From: a virus
Strand: one strand, 5' to 3'
IMG/VR virus record: IMGVR_UViG_3300041809_000801
Span: 1-64,000 of that record
Length of the DNA stretch: 64,000 nucleotides
Part shown: piece by piece, positions 1-8,134 of the stretch
How the letters are laid out: every line of letters begins with the position of its first letter
Numbering within the stretch: position 1 is the first letter of the stretch
Program-made: the position numbers and the translations under genes
The notes under the pieces: model-generated
Databases searched by the model: none
Told to the model about the DNA's origin: nothing
The model's input: only the letters and a program-made list of their open reading frames with translations

Positions 1-72
1 ATAGGCGTAATGTCACGACCGCAATAACTGCCGGTGTGTCCAGTGAACGGGATGTACCAGTGAAGTTTCATG

Positions 73-1500
73 TTACGCTGTCGCTGCGGCCTCCTGCATG
101 TACTCATCGTATTTCGCGGCAGTTTCGCGAACTTCCGCCAGCGTATAATCCTTCTTCAACACGCCGTCGATAAATACAGTGTGCATGATGTTGCCGTAGC
201 ACTCCTCCTCCGTGCTCTCGATGGTGTGGATGTCGTTGCCCAAATCCACGGTGCAAAAACGTCCGCCCATCGAAGCCTTGGTGAGGTCGGTCTTCGGGTT
301 CTTGTTGACGTTGTGCCAAACCCCTGCACGATCAATTGCGGAGCACTTAATGGCGAAGCGCATCGTGTCACGGTTCTGCTGCTGCAATAGGGCACCGCCC
401 ATGCCATAGCCCCAGTTGTCCATCGACCACCCCGCCCGAGTAAGGGCCGAATTGATGCGAAGGATGTTCTGGTAGTTCACACCGTCGCCCTGAATGACGC
501 GAATCTGCTGCGGAAGAACTTTCCAGCCCTTGGTGTTGGTCTCGAAGCCGAACTTCTCGGCCACCGCGTTGAAGATGTCTTCAATGACCACAACTGGGTC
601 GCCCGAGTCGGGACGAAGAACCACCGTGCCGGGACGGCGAAGAACCTTCTCGCGAAGTTGGCTACCAAAAATCTCGACGACGGCGTTGTGCGTGTCGTAG
701 CTGTCGATAACACAAGCGGTCAGCGGCGTTGGCGACTTGTCAAGCATGTTCTCGTAGGCATCCTTCTCGTGATCCTCACCCCATGAAGTCACAGTGCTGT
801 GCTCCATGGCCGAGATGGAGAACCCCGGCATACCCGGCTCATTGTAGAACTGCCGGAGCATGGTAATGGCCGCGAGAGTATCAGTGCCCATGAAGTTCAC
901 CAGATGGGCTCCACCGCCGATAGCCGCCGTCTCACGCGAAGAGACGCCGCGATAGCCAAAGTCGTGCAGCTTGAAAGGCAACAGGCTTGGGTCGCCTGTG
1001 CGAACGAGGTCCTTGCCAATCTCCTGCTTGATTTTCCACGACAGAGTGCCGACCGTGATAGGGTACCAGACCTGCAACAGCAAAGTCTCCGCCCAATTGG
1101 TGAGCCATGGGAATTCAGGGTCGGTGTTCTCAATGGTCATGAGCGCGTTCTTGACTGGGACAACCGTGCCCTCGGGAACTGCACGAACCTTGAGAGGCAA
1201 CATACCGCCGTGCTTTTCGAGCAGCCGTGTCCAGCCCACCGTATTGAACACCTTGTCGGTGCCGAAGTGCAAGGCCGAGAGCATCTGAGCCTCGTCAATG
1301 TCTTCCTTGGTGAACACCTTGCCGACGAAGCAGGACTTCAGGATGTACTGGAGACCGAAGAACATCGTGTCTCTCCAGAAGCCGCCACGCGACATCAGGT
1401 GCGAGTAGACATGTCGAGCGTCAGGCGGATACTGCCACCAGTGAGAAAGTTTGTAGCTGTCGGTTTCGAGCAATGGGTTATAGCGAATTGCTTGCGGCAT
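73..1500 (-). CDS. nadV: Nicotinamide phosphoribosyltransferase (NAMPT)
   Basis: 475 aa; motifs TDSYKLSH, LHDFGYRG, HLVNFMGTD, AMEHS, DSYD, LRPDSGDP, IQGDG, GMGGALLQ..RDT..FAIKCS. Confidence 0.95.
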   Translation of the reverse strand: MPQAIRYNPLLETDSYKLSHWWQYPPDARHVYSHLMSRGGFWRDTMFFGLQYILKSCFVGKVFTKEDIDEAQMLSALHFGTDKVFNTVGWTRLLEKHGGMLPLKVRAVPEGTVVPVKNALMTIENTDPEFPWLTNWAETLLLQVWYPITVGTLSWKIKQEIGKDLVRTGDPSLLPFKLHDFGYRGVSSRETAAIGGGAHLVNFMGTDTLAAITMLRQFYNEPGMPGFSISAMEHSTVTSWGEDHEKDAYENMLDKSPTPLTACVIDSYDTHNAVVEIFGSQLREKVLRRPGTVVLRPDSGDPVVVIEDIFNAVAEKFGFETNTKGWKVLPQQIRVIQGDGVNYQNILRINSALTRAGWSMDNWGYGMGGALLQQQNRDTMRFAIKCSAIDRAGVWHNVNKNPKTDLTKASMGGRFCTVDLGNDIHTIESTEEECYGNIMHTVFIDGVLKKDYTLAEVRETAAKYDEYMQEAAATA

Positions 1501-2473
1501 AGGTTGCCTTCCCTTCTGTTAAGTTGAAATGCTTTTTGACAAGGTTCCAAATGGGCTTGTGCGTGTCGATGAACATCGACTCTTCAAGTTCCGCCGCCTT
1601 GACCCACTTCACTTTGGCAATATCGTCGTTCGCCTTGCCACCCATAGTCATGGACGTGCCGGTAAAGACGAGTGTCTTGATTTGGTCGGGCTCTCCTGCC
1701 CAACGCCAGTCAGGAATGAGAGCGGAGCCAATGTACTTCAAATCCTCAATCGGCAAACCAGTCTCTTCCATAGCTTCCCGCACGGCGTCGAACTCATAAG
1801 TCGGAGTCGTGGGTTCGGAGAAACCGCCGATGAAACGCCACAGGTTTTCCCCCGGCTTCATACCGAGGAGGAAATACTGAACCCGTTCTTTGCCCCCAAA
1901 CACACCATCTTGACGCTTGCCGGTGCCGGGACCTTCCGCAACAGCCCAGTGGGTGATTACAACATCCACAGTGGCTTTGCACTGAGGGCGCAGATTGGTG
2001 ATGGCGTGGATAACACCGGCCCGAAAATCGGGAGACTGGAGAACGCTGTTGGTAATCTCTGCCCGGATGTCCGTGCCGTTGATGGTGCGAAGAGCATGGG
2101 GCATCGTTAATTCAACGGGTTTGTAGCTGCCGGTATAGTGGGCGGTGAAAGAATCGCGAGAGCCGTAGAGAGTCACATCGCCATAGTCGGCGAGTTCGCG
2201 GATACGATTGTCGAGGTTGCTCGACCACTGCTCATCTGTCTTCGTATCAGGCAGTGGGAGAATATTGAAATCGGGAAATTCAGCCTGAACCATCGCTTTG
2301 CGTGTCTCGAAGTCGAGAGGGTTCTTGTAGGTCGCTCCAATCGGGCGGACGCCGAGGAACAGAATGACGCGGTTGTGGCGAGATTTGACTTCATTGAACA
2401 GCCACAGATGCCCCTCGTGCAACTTATGCACTTGGCACCGGGCGACGAGACAACCGTAAGAGGGTCTTTGCAT
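1478..2473 (-). CDS. Bifunctional NMN adenylyltransferase / Nudix hydrolase (NadM-Nudix, NatV-like)
   Basis: N-terminal HEGH motif (ARCQVHKLHEGH), KNPLDFETRK, NGTDIR; C-terminal Nudix box GGF...AVREAMEETGL; overlaps nadV. Confidence 0.9.
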   Translation of the reverse strand: MQRPSYGCLVARCQVHKLHEGHLWLFNEVKSRHNRVILFLGVRPIGATYKNPLDFETRKAMVQAEFPDFNILPLPDTKTDEQWSSNLDNRIRELADYGDVTLYGSRDSFTAHYTGSYKPVELTMPHALRTINGTDIRAEITNSVLQSPDFRAGVIHAITNLRPQCKATVDVVITHWAVAEGPGTGKRQDGVFGGKERVQYFLLGMKPGENLWRFIGGFSEPTTPTYEFDAVREAMEETGLPIEDLKYIGSALIPDWRWAGEPDQIKTLVFTGTSMTMGGKANDDIAKVKWVKAAELEESMFIDTHKPIWNLVKKHFNLTEGKATYAASNSL

Positions 2474-2503
2474 CACTTCTCCTTTTTCTTGTACACTCGG
2501 GAT

Positions 2504-2818
2504 TCATGACTGTTTCCTCAATACAACAGTGAGTGTGTCATTCGTCAGTTCCCACGAGACAACATCTGCCTCATCAATTCCGAAGGAACCTAAAACATCT
2601 TGAGAAGTGATGCGTTGACGAGTGCCAACTAGACGTGGCTTGTCTACGCCCTCCCGCTGGTCGCGTTCAATGTGGTGTTTCCAGTGTTTCCTGATTTTCG
2701 GCCACAACAAACGGAAACCGAGATAGCCAATCACACCATCGAAAACAACCATCAGGAAGACTTCAAATTCCCAATGGGCAGCGTCGTGCAGTAGCGTCCA
2801 GAAGGTCTCAGGTTGCAT
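2504..2818 (-). CDS. Hypothetical membrane protein
   Basis: 104 aa with one hydrophobic segment; downstream of the promoter at 2839-2868. Confidence 0.6.
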   Translation of the reverse strand: MQPETFWTLLHDAAHWEFEVFLMVVFDGVIGYLGFRLLWPKIRKHWKHHIERDQREGVDKPRLVGTRQRITSQDVLGSFGIDEADVVSWELTNDTLTVVLRKQS

Positions 2819-2838
2819 CAGGTCTACCTTTCATTTCC

Positions 2839-2868
2839 AGTATACCTGAACCAGCCGAGTTTTGGATA
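2839..2868 (-). promoter_or_regulatory. Phage early/middle-type promoter
   Basis: TATCCA-AAA...GG-TATACT with 18-bp spacer; same pattern at 18014-18043, 22061-22090, 57544-57573 and 60853-60882. Confidence 0.6.
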
Positions 2869-3084
2869 CTAATTTTTTGGGATTATGCGTCTTTCCACGA
2901 CCAGCCGTGGCACAGCCGGTAAATCTTTCGAAATGGCTGAGTTCCAGAACACCAGCCCTCGCCTTCCACATCGGATAGGCACCGAAAACACGCAAATGGG
3001 CTGGAGGAATCCACTGGGTCATAGGCACAGCCGAATAGCCAACAGGCGATTTTCACCTTTTCATGCCAAAACAGCCAACAGGTA

Positions 3085-5907
3085 TCATTCACTGAGCACT
3101 CCTGTCTCAACCAAGAACCGTGACGGCTTCTGCCGAATCGTATCCGTGCCATTCTGAGCCATCGCCGGAACGCAGAGAGTCAACCAATCCTTCGCACGGG
3201 TACAGGCAACGTAGAACAGACGCCGCTCCTCTTCAACTTCTTCCTCAGAGCCCATGGAGAAGCGGTGGGGTAGGGAACCTTCAACGATATTGGTCACGTA
3301 CACTCGTGTCCACTCCAGCCCCTTGGCTGAATGAATGGTGGACACTGTAACCATGCCGTCCTTGTCATCCTCACGCGCCCGGTCGAGCGTAAGCTGAAAC
3401 ACGAGGTCTTCAGTGGACATCTTCTGATCCTCGGAAAGATTCCGCACAAGTTCCCGGAAACGTTCGATATTTTCCAGCTTGGATTTTACCTTGTCCGGTT
3501 CCTTTTTGTACTTGGAGGCGATGTAGGTTTTGTAGTTCATGTAGTCAATGATTTTGTCAAGAGCCTGAACTGGATACTCTCCAAACTTCTGGATATTCTC
3601 CAACGCAGACACGAATGTTGACAACTTATCAATTGACGTACAACCCTTAATCAGGTCACCACCAAACTTCTCATTAGCCGTCTTGCGGATTTTCTCCAGC
3701 GTCACATCACCAGCGCCTGTCTTAGGAACTGTCACAGCACGAGCGAGGGCTGTGAAATCCTTGGGATTGGTCGCCAGACGCAAATAGGAGAGCACGTCAC
3801 GAATCTCTTCAGTCTGAAGCAAGCCACGACCGCCGCGAACTTGATATGGAACGCGGTGACGAACCAAGGCACTTTCGATGTCTGGAACCTGACGAGCGGA
3901 GCGGACAAGAATGCAGTTTTCTTTGTACGGAATCTGGTCACGCTTGCGTGCATTGTCCTTGTAAATCTCTCCCGCGATAATCATCGCAACGTCCAAAGGC
4001 AGCGAGGCCCGAGTGATTTCAAGTGTGCCCTTGGTCTCTGCGTCTCCACGGAAGACCTGCATCTTCAAGGGAATCGTTGCTGTCATTTTTGATTGAATGT
4101 GGTTAGCGAGATACACAATGCGGGGGAGACTGCGATGGTTACGAGCGATGCGATACAGCATGGGACTATGCCCACGCCAGCCTTCGCTGTAGTCCTTGAG
4201 AATCTTTGGCACGGCCCCATTGAAGGCATAGATACAGTTACCTACCACCAAACCATCAGCAATGTAGGTATGGTCTTTCTCAACGTCAAGAGAGTATACT
4301 TGACCCTCAAACCACGCACTGGTAACAGAAGATATGGGCGTTGATTGGTTCACTCCGGGTAATGGAATGTCTAACAGAGAAGCGATGGGAACAGCATTAG
4401 CGGCGATGGTTTTGAAATACCCACGCCATTTGCGATTGCACTGATTTACAGTCGCATCATTCGACCGCTCTACTAGTGGCGTGTTTACATCCAACCCATA
4501 ATCTTCCAAACACTGTACTGCCTTTTTGGGGTCAGCATGAGAAAATACAAGCTTAATGAAATCTTGAGTCTTGTTTACACAGGCATGTTCAGCGTTGAAC
4601 ACACTCTCAGGGATGCCATATTTAATTGAGACGATTTCTTCCCACGCTTCTGCTTCAGGTCGAGAATCACAAACCCTTAAAATCCAAGCCCGATTGCCTC
4701 GTTCACAATTGAGCCGACTACTTAAACCAAACCCTGTCTGGCTCATGTTCTTTTTGAATTTACTCATCCCGACACGGAAACCATAACCGTCCTTCTGCAT
4801 CAGATACACAATGTACTTATCTCGGGTATTCTTGTTAAACCGTACCCACAACCAATGGTTTGGTGTAACGCGAGTGGACAAATTGTTCGCGGCGTGGATG
4901 GTAAGCAACGGCCCCTTATAGAAACGACTAGCTGCACGCACACCACGTTCAGCCGCATAAGTGCGTTGGTCACACTTTGTCCAAGAAACCACCCCCACAT
5001 CTGCCAATTGAAGTTCTCCTGTAAACGATTCAATTGAGACATCCTTATAGGTGGCGGGGTGTGTCCCATGTCCCGGTTTGTCTAAAGTTCGTACCATAGT
5101 TCCGGCTGGTTGACACTGGCTCATGTCGCCGACGACATAGAAGTTCTTGTTCGTTGGTGAGAGCAAGGAGTTCACAAACTCCCATTGCACAGGGTTGGTG
5201 TCCTGAGCCTCATCCATAAGCACATGTTCAAATCGCTTTCCCATGGACTCGCGGTAAGAGTCGTCTGTGCGGAGACGGCGGACAACCAGATGTAACATGT
5301 CATCGAAATCCACGACAGAGTTCTTTTTCTTTTCCTCTTCGTAGGCTTTCCAGATTTGCATGTCTAGCGGTTCGAGAGCGTGGTAACCGGCGTGTTCTAT
5401 CTGAGCCCGTTCATGAACTTCGTCGGTGTACTCTTCAGAAAACCCAAGACCACGAGAGCGGTGGAATCCCACTTTCTCAAGCAGGTTGTACACATAGGAG
5501 CCGAGACTGATGCCTTTCTCCTTGATGTCCACTTCCCGCTCCACAATTCTGCGAAGCATCTGAGTCTGGTCGTAGTCGTCCAGTGGAGTTACCTTGTTCT
5601 GAAGTCCAAAGCCGGGAGGGCTCTGACGAATGGAGCCAAGAGCCAAAGAGTGGATGGTGGACACCTTGGGAATGTCGAAGGATGCCTCCTCCAGTTCAAG
5701 CCGTTCCAATAGCTCGTTTGCGGCTTTGTTGGTAAATGTCACGCAACAAATTTTTCTAGGTGGCACCCCTTGGTTGATAAGATACCGTACCCGTTCAGTA
5801 AGAACCCGAGTCTTACCACTACCGGCCCCTGCAATTAAACACGCTGGAGAATCCACAGGGTGTTGCACCGCCAGCATCTGCTCTTCATTCAATTGTATTT
5901 GCGGCAT
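3085..5907 (-). CDS. uvrD: UvrD/PcrA (SF1) DNA helicase containing an intein
   Basis: AGAGSGKT, TFTNKAA, DEAQD, VVGD..Q|intein|CIYAFNGA, TIHSAKGLEW, EEERRLFYVACTRAK; ATG 5907 preferred as start. Confidence 0.93.
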   Translation of the reverse strand: MPQIQLNEEQMLAVQHPVDSPACLIAGAGSGKTRVLTERVRYLINQGVPPRKICCVTFTNKAANELLERLELEEASFDIPKVSTIHSLALGSIRQSPPGFGLQNKVTPLDDYDQTQMLRRIVEREVDIKEKGISLGSYVYNLLEKVGFHRSRGLGFSEEYTDEVHERAQIEHAGYHALEPLDMQIWKAYEEEKKKNSVVDFDDMLHLVVRRLRTDDSYRESMGKRFEHVLMDEAQDTNPVQWEFVNSLLSPTNKNFYVVGDMSQCQPAGTMVRTLDKPGHGTHPATYKDVSIESFTGELQLADVGVVSWTKCDQRTYAAERGVRAASRFYKGPLLTIHAANNLSTRVTPNHWLWVRFNKNTRDKYIVYLMQKDGYGFRVGMSKFKKNMSQTGFGLSSRLNCERGNRAWILRVCDSRPEAEAWEEIVSIKYGIPESVFNAEHACVNKTQDFIKLVFSHADPKKAVQCLEDYGLDVNTPLVERSNDATVNQCNRKWRGYFKTIAANAVPIASLLDIPLPGVNQSTPISSVTSAWFEGQVYSLDVEKDHTYIADGLVVGNCIYAFNGAVPKILKDYSEGWRGHSPMLYRIARNHRSLPRIVYLANHIQSKMTATIPLKMQVFRGDAETKGTLEITRASLPLDVAMIIAGEIYKDNARKRDQIPYKENCILVRSARQVPDIESALVRHRVPYQVRGGRGLLQTEEIRDVLSYLRLATNPKDFTALARAVTVPKTGAGDVTLEKIRKTANEKFGGDLIKGCTSIDKLSTFVSALENIQKFGEYPVQALDKIIDYMNYKTYIASKYKKEPDKVKSKLENIERFRELVRNLSEDQKMSTEDLVFQLTLDRAREDDKDGMVTVSTIHSAKGLEWTRVYVTNIVEGSLPHRFSMGSEEEVEEERRLFYVACTRAKDWLTLCVPAMAQNGTDTIRQKPSRFLVETGVLSE
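4237..5115 (-). mobile_element. Intein (293 aa) in UvrD motif III
   Basis: Begins CQPAGT, block B TRVTPNHWLWV, ends YSLDVEKDHTYIADGLVVGN followed by Cys+1; removal restores GDMSQ-CIYAFNGA. Confidence 0.92.
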
Positions 5908-5945
5908 TACGATTACCAATCCCTATTGTAGGGAGCCTCTCATTT

Positions 5946-6596
5946 ATGAATACTGGTGTTTATCGAATTCGAAACCTGCAAAATGGAAAAGTCTACATCG
6001 GGAGCAGCAAAGACATTGAAGAACGTTGGCGGCAACACACGTTGAAACTCAATCGTGGAACACACCCTTGTCGCAAACTTCTAAATGCTTGGAAGAAGTA
6101 TGGCTCTTCTACATTTCAGTTCGAGATAATAGAGCTATGTAGCCTCGCTGAACTCCTCGACAGAGAGCAGCATTGGATAGATACCACGATGGCTTATACG
6201 ACCGGCTACAACAGCCGACCGAAAGCTGAGAGTTGCCTTGGATACAAACGGGGAGCCCCAACCGAGGAACACAAAAGAAAGAACGCAGAGGCTCACACAG
6301 GCTCAAAGAACTCTAACTGGGGTAAACCCCGTTCTGAACAAACCAAAGCCAAGATAGCCTCCGCTCAAAAAGGAAAACCACGGGCCAAACACTCAGAAGC
6401 AACCCGTGCATTGATGTCTCAAAATCGTAAACTTCGCTATTCAACAGGTGTGACCAAAGAGCACCGACAACAACTAATTGAGGCTCGAAAGAAACGAGTG
6501 TATCATCCCCACTCTGAGGAGACTAAGGCAAAGATGCGTGCTTCCCATACCGCTCGTTTAGCAGCGCAAAAGAAAACTACGCACTGTACTTCATGA
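5946..6596 (+). CDS. GIY-YIG homing endonuclease with NUMOD3-like repeats
   Basis: GVYRIRN..NGKVYIGSS, REQHWID, GYN, repeated HSEETKAKM-type motifs. Confidence 0.9.
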   Translation: MNTGVYRIRNLQNGKVYIGSSKDIEERWRQHTLKLNRGTHPCRKLLNAWKKYGSSTFQFEIIELCSLAELLDREQHWIDTTMAYTTGYNSRPKAESCLGYKRGAPTEEHKRKNAEAHTGSKNSNWGKPRSEQTKAKIASAQKGKPRAKHSEATRALMSQNRKLRYSTGVTKEHRQQLIEARKKRVYHPHSEETKAKMRASHTARLAAQKKTTHCTS

Positions 6597-7346
6597 CGGT
6601 CCATCCGCAACTCCGGGTGCCATGGCGTCTTCATGTAGCTGTCGAATATAGGACTCTTCCGCGCTGACCGTCTTAGCCCCACCAGCCGCCTTCCACGCAT
6701 AGTGGGCAGTCTCTTTCAAATCTTTCAACGTGACGGGTTTGTTGCTGAACCAATTTTGATTGTTGGTGCTTGACCACCACGATTCAAAGGATGTGTCTGC
6801 GACTGTCGGCGGAGGCTCGACTTCAATCCTCGTTGCTTCGTGTATGCGATAGATTGTGCCATCAGAGCCCTTGATAACGCATGGAGTTGGCACCGGCTTG
6901 TCATTGATATGAGAGTTGTCTTCTCCCTCAATCGCAAACTTGCGATGCACGTCGTCCCTGACAAACTCGCAGAACTCACACTTGCACGGGCCAAAATCAT
7001 ACTTCGTAATGCGACCCTGACGGTGTTCTTCGTGTTGAGCAGCGATGGGTTTGCAGTAGGTTAGTTTTTCAGCATACGATGTGAAGAACTTAGGCAACTC
7101 ATCCATGGACTCCAACGCCAACAGCCACAGCTTGATGTGCGGGACTCTCGCCATTTCTTCGATACGTTCGTGGCAGATGCAGCCGCAACGCTGGTATAGC
7201 TCGTTGTCTGACCATGTGATGCAGCAAGCACAGTCGTAGGGAGACTCTTCAGAGTCCTCCCGTTCACCGTTCCAACACAGCAAATAACGGTGCTTATTTC
7301 CGTTGAGGATTTTTTCGAGGAGAAGTCCTGCTTTGGTACGATGCAT
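6591..7346 (-). CDS. Hypothetical Cys-rich protein
   Basis: Long ORF; ATG 7346 chosen because the upstream extension overlaps a terminator and an ncRNA copy. Confidence 0.55.
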   Translation of the reverse strand: MHRTKAGLLLEKILNGNKHRYLLCWNGEREDSEESPYDCACCITWSDNELYQRCGCICHERIEEMARVPHIKLWLLALESMDELPKFFTSYAEKLTYCKPIAAQHEEHRQGRITKYDFGPCKCEFCEFVRDDVHRKFAIEGEDNSHINDKPVPTPCVIKGSDGTIYRIHEATRIEVEPPPTVADTSFESWWSSTNNQNWFSNKPVTLKDLKETAHYAWKAAGGAKTVSAEESYIRQLHEDAMAPGVADGPS

Positions 7347-7370
7347 ATTCACTAATACCCACCTTAAACG

Positions 7371-7400
7371 AAGAACTCCGGGAGTTACCCCGGAGTTCTT
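7371..7400 (-). terminator. Probable intrinsic terminator
   Basis: 12-bp perfect stem AAGAACTCCGGG/CCCGGAGTTCTT just 3' of the last Y-like RNA copy. Confidence 0.6.
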
Positions 7401-7411
7401 CGATGCTATTG

Positions 7412-7477
7412 GCGGAGAGTAGGAGACCTTTGTTTGATTAAGAGTCAAGTTTTAGAAGGAAGGGTTCCAATAGCCGC
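7412..7477 (-). ncRNA. Y-RNA-like stem-loop, copy E
   Basis: GCGG-CTATTGGAACCCTTCCTTCT...AGGTCTCCTACTCT-CCGC; same motif as the copies at 10380-10774. Confidence 0.7.
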
Positions 7478-8068
7478 GCAATGTCTAATAATACCACGAT
7501 TCAATCGAGATTGTCGTATTTTTTCTTTAGTTTCCTCAGATAGAACCTTGCCCTTGTTAGCGACACGTATCTTCTCTCTGGTATCTTGGGTACGTTCACC
7601 CAATACCCGACCTTCCAGAGCCTTCCGTAACTTGAGTTTTGTTTCTTCTGAACAAGGGTGAGAGCGTGGGTGCGCCACCAGACCTGCTTTGACCGCTTCA
7701 ATTCGCTTAGGGTTTAACCTGTTGTCAGCAGCCAGCCCGTTGGCATTTATGTAGTTAAACCCCGGTGATAGCCCCGCCTGATTGATGTAGTCGAAACCCC
7801 CGCTACCCCCTTGTCTCAGGTTATAGCATAGTGGGTCTTTTCGATACGACTCAATCAGTTCAAACTCTTTGGCGAAAGCTTCTTCGGCGTTGTCAAAGAT
7901 AAAGCACACATTCTTGATGAATGACTGCTCACCATACTTTTGAATCGCCGACCGGAGCACTTTACCCGACCCAAGGTACCCATCATACGGATTCCTAGTC
8001 TTGTGGACGCCGAGGTAATACTTGCCGTTTACAAGATTTTGTGTGCGGTATACCGTGTAAAATATCAT
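7445..8068 (-). CDS. GIY-YIG homing endonuclease (Seg-like)
   Basis: YTVYRTQNLVNGKYYLGVHKT...YLGSG, YNL..GG, SEETK repeats; ATG 8068. Confidence 0.88.
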   Translation of the reverse strand: MIFYTVYRTQNLVNGKYYLGVHKTRNPYDGYLGSGKVLRSAIQKYGEQSFIKNVCFIFDNAEEAFAKEFELIESYRKDPLCYNLRQGGSGGFDYINQAGLSPGFNYINANGLAADNRLNPKRIEAVKAGLVAHPRSHPCSEETKLKLRKALEGRVLGERTQDTREKIRVANKGKVLSEETKEKIRQSRLNRGIIRHCAAIGTLPSKT

Positions 8069-8134
8069 GACTATCACCCTTAGTAGGAAGGGCTTCAATA
8101 GCCCCTCTAATTAGAGGGTGATAGTCAAGAAAAC

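Noticed and set aside
799-2509. Long + strand ORFs opposite nadV and NMNAT (and similar antisense ORFs elsewhere)
   Set aside because: Antisense shadows of well-supported genes
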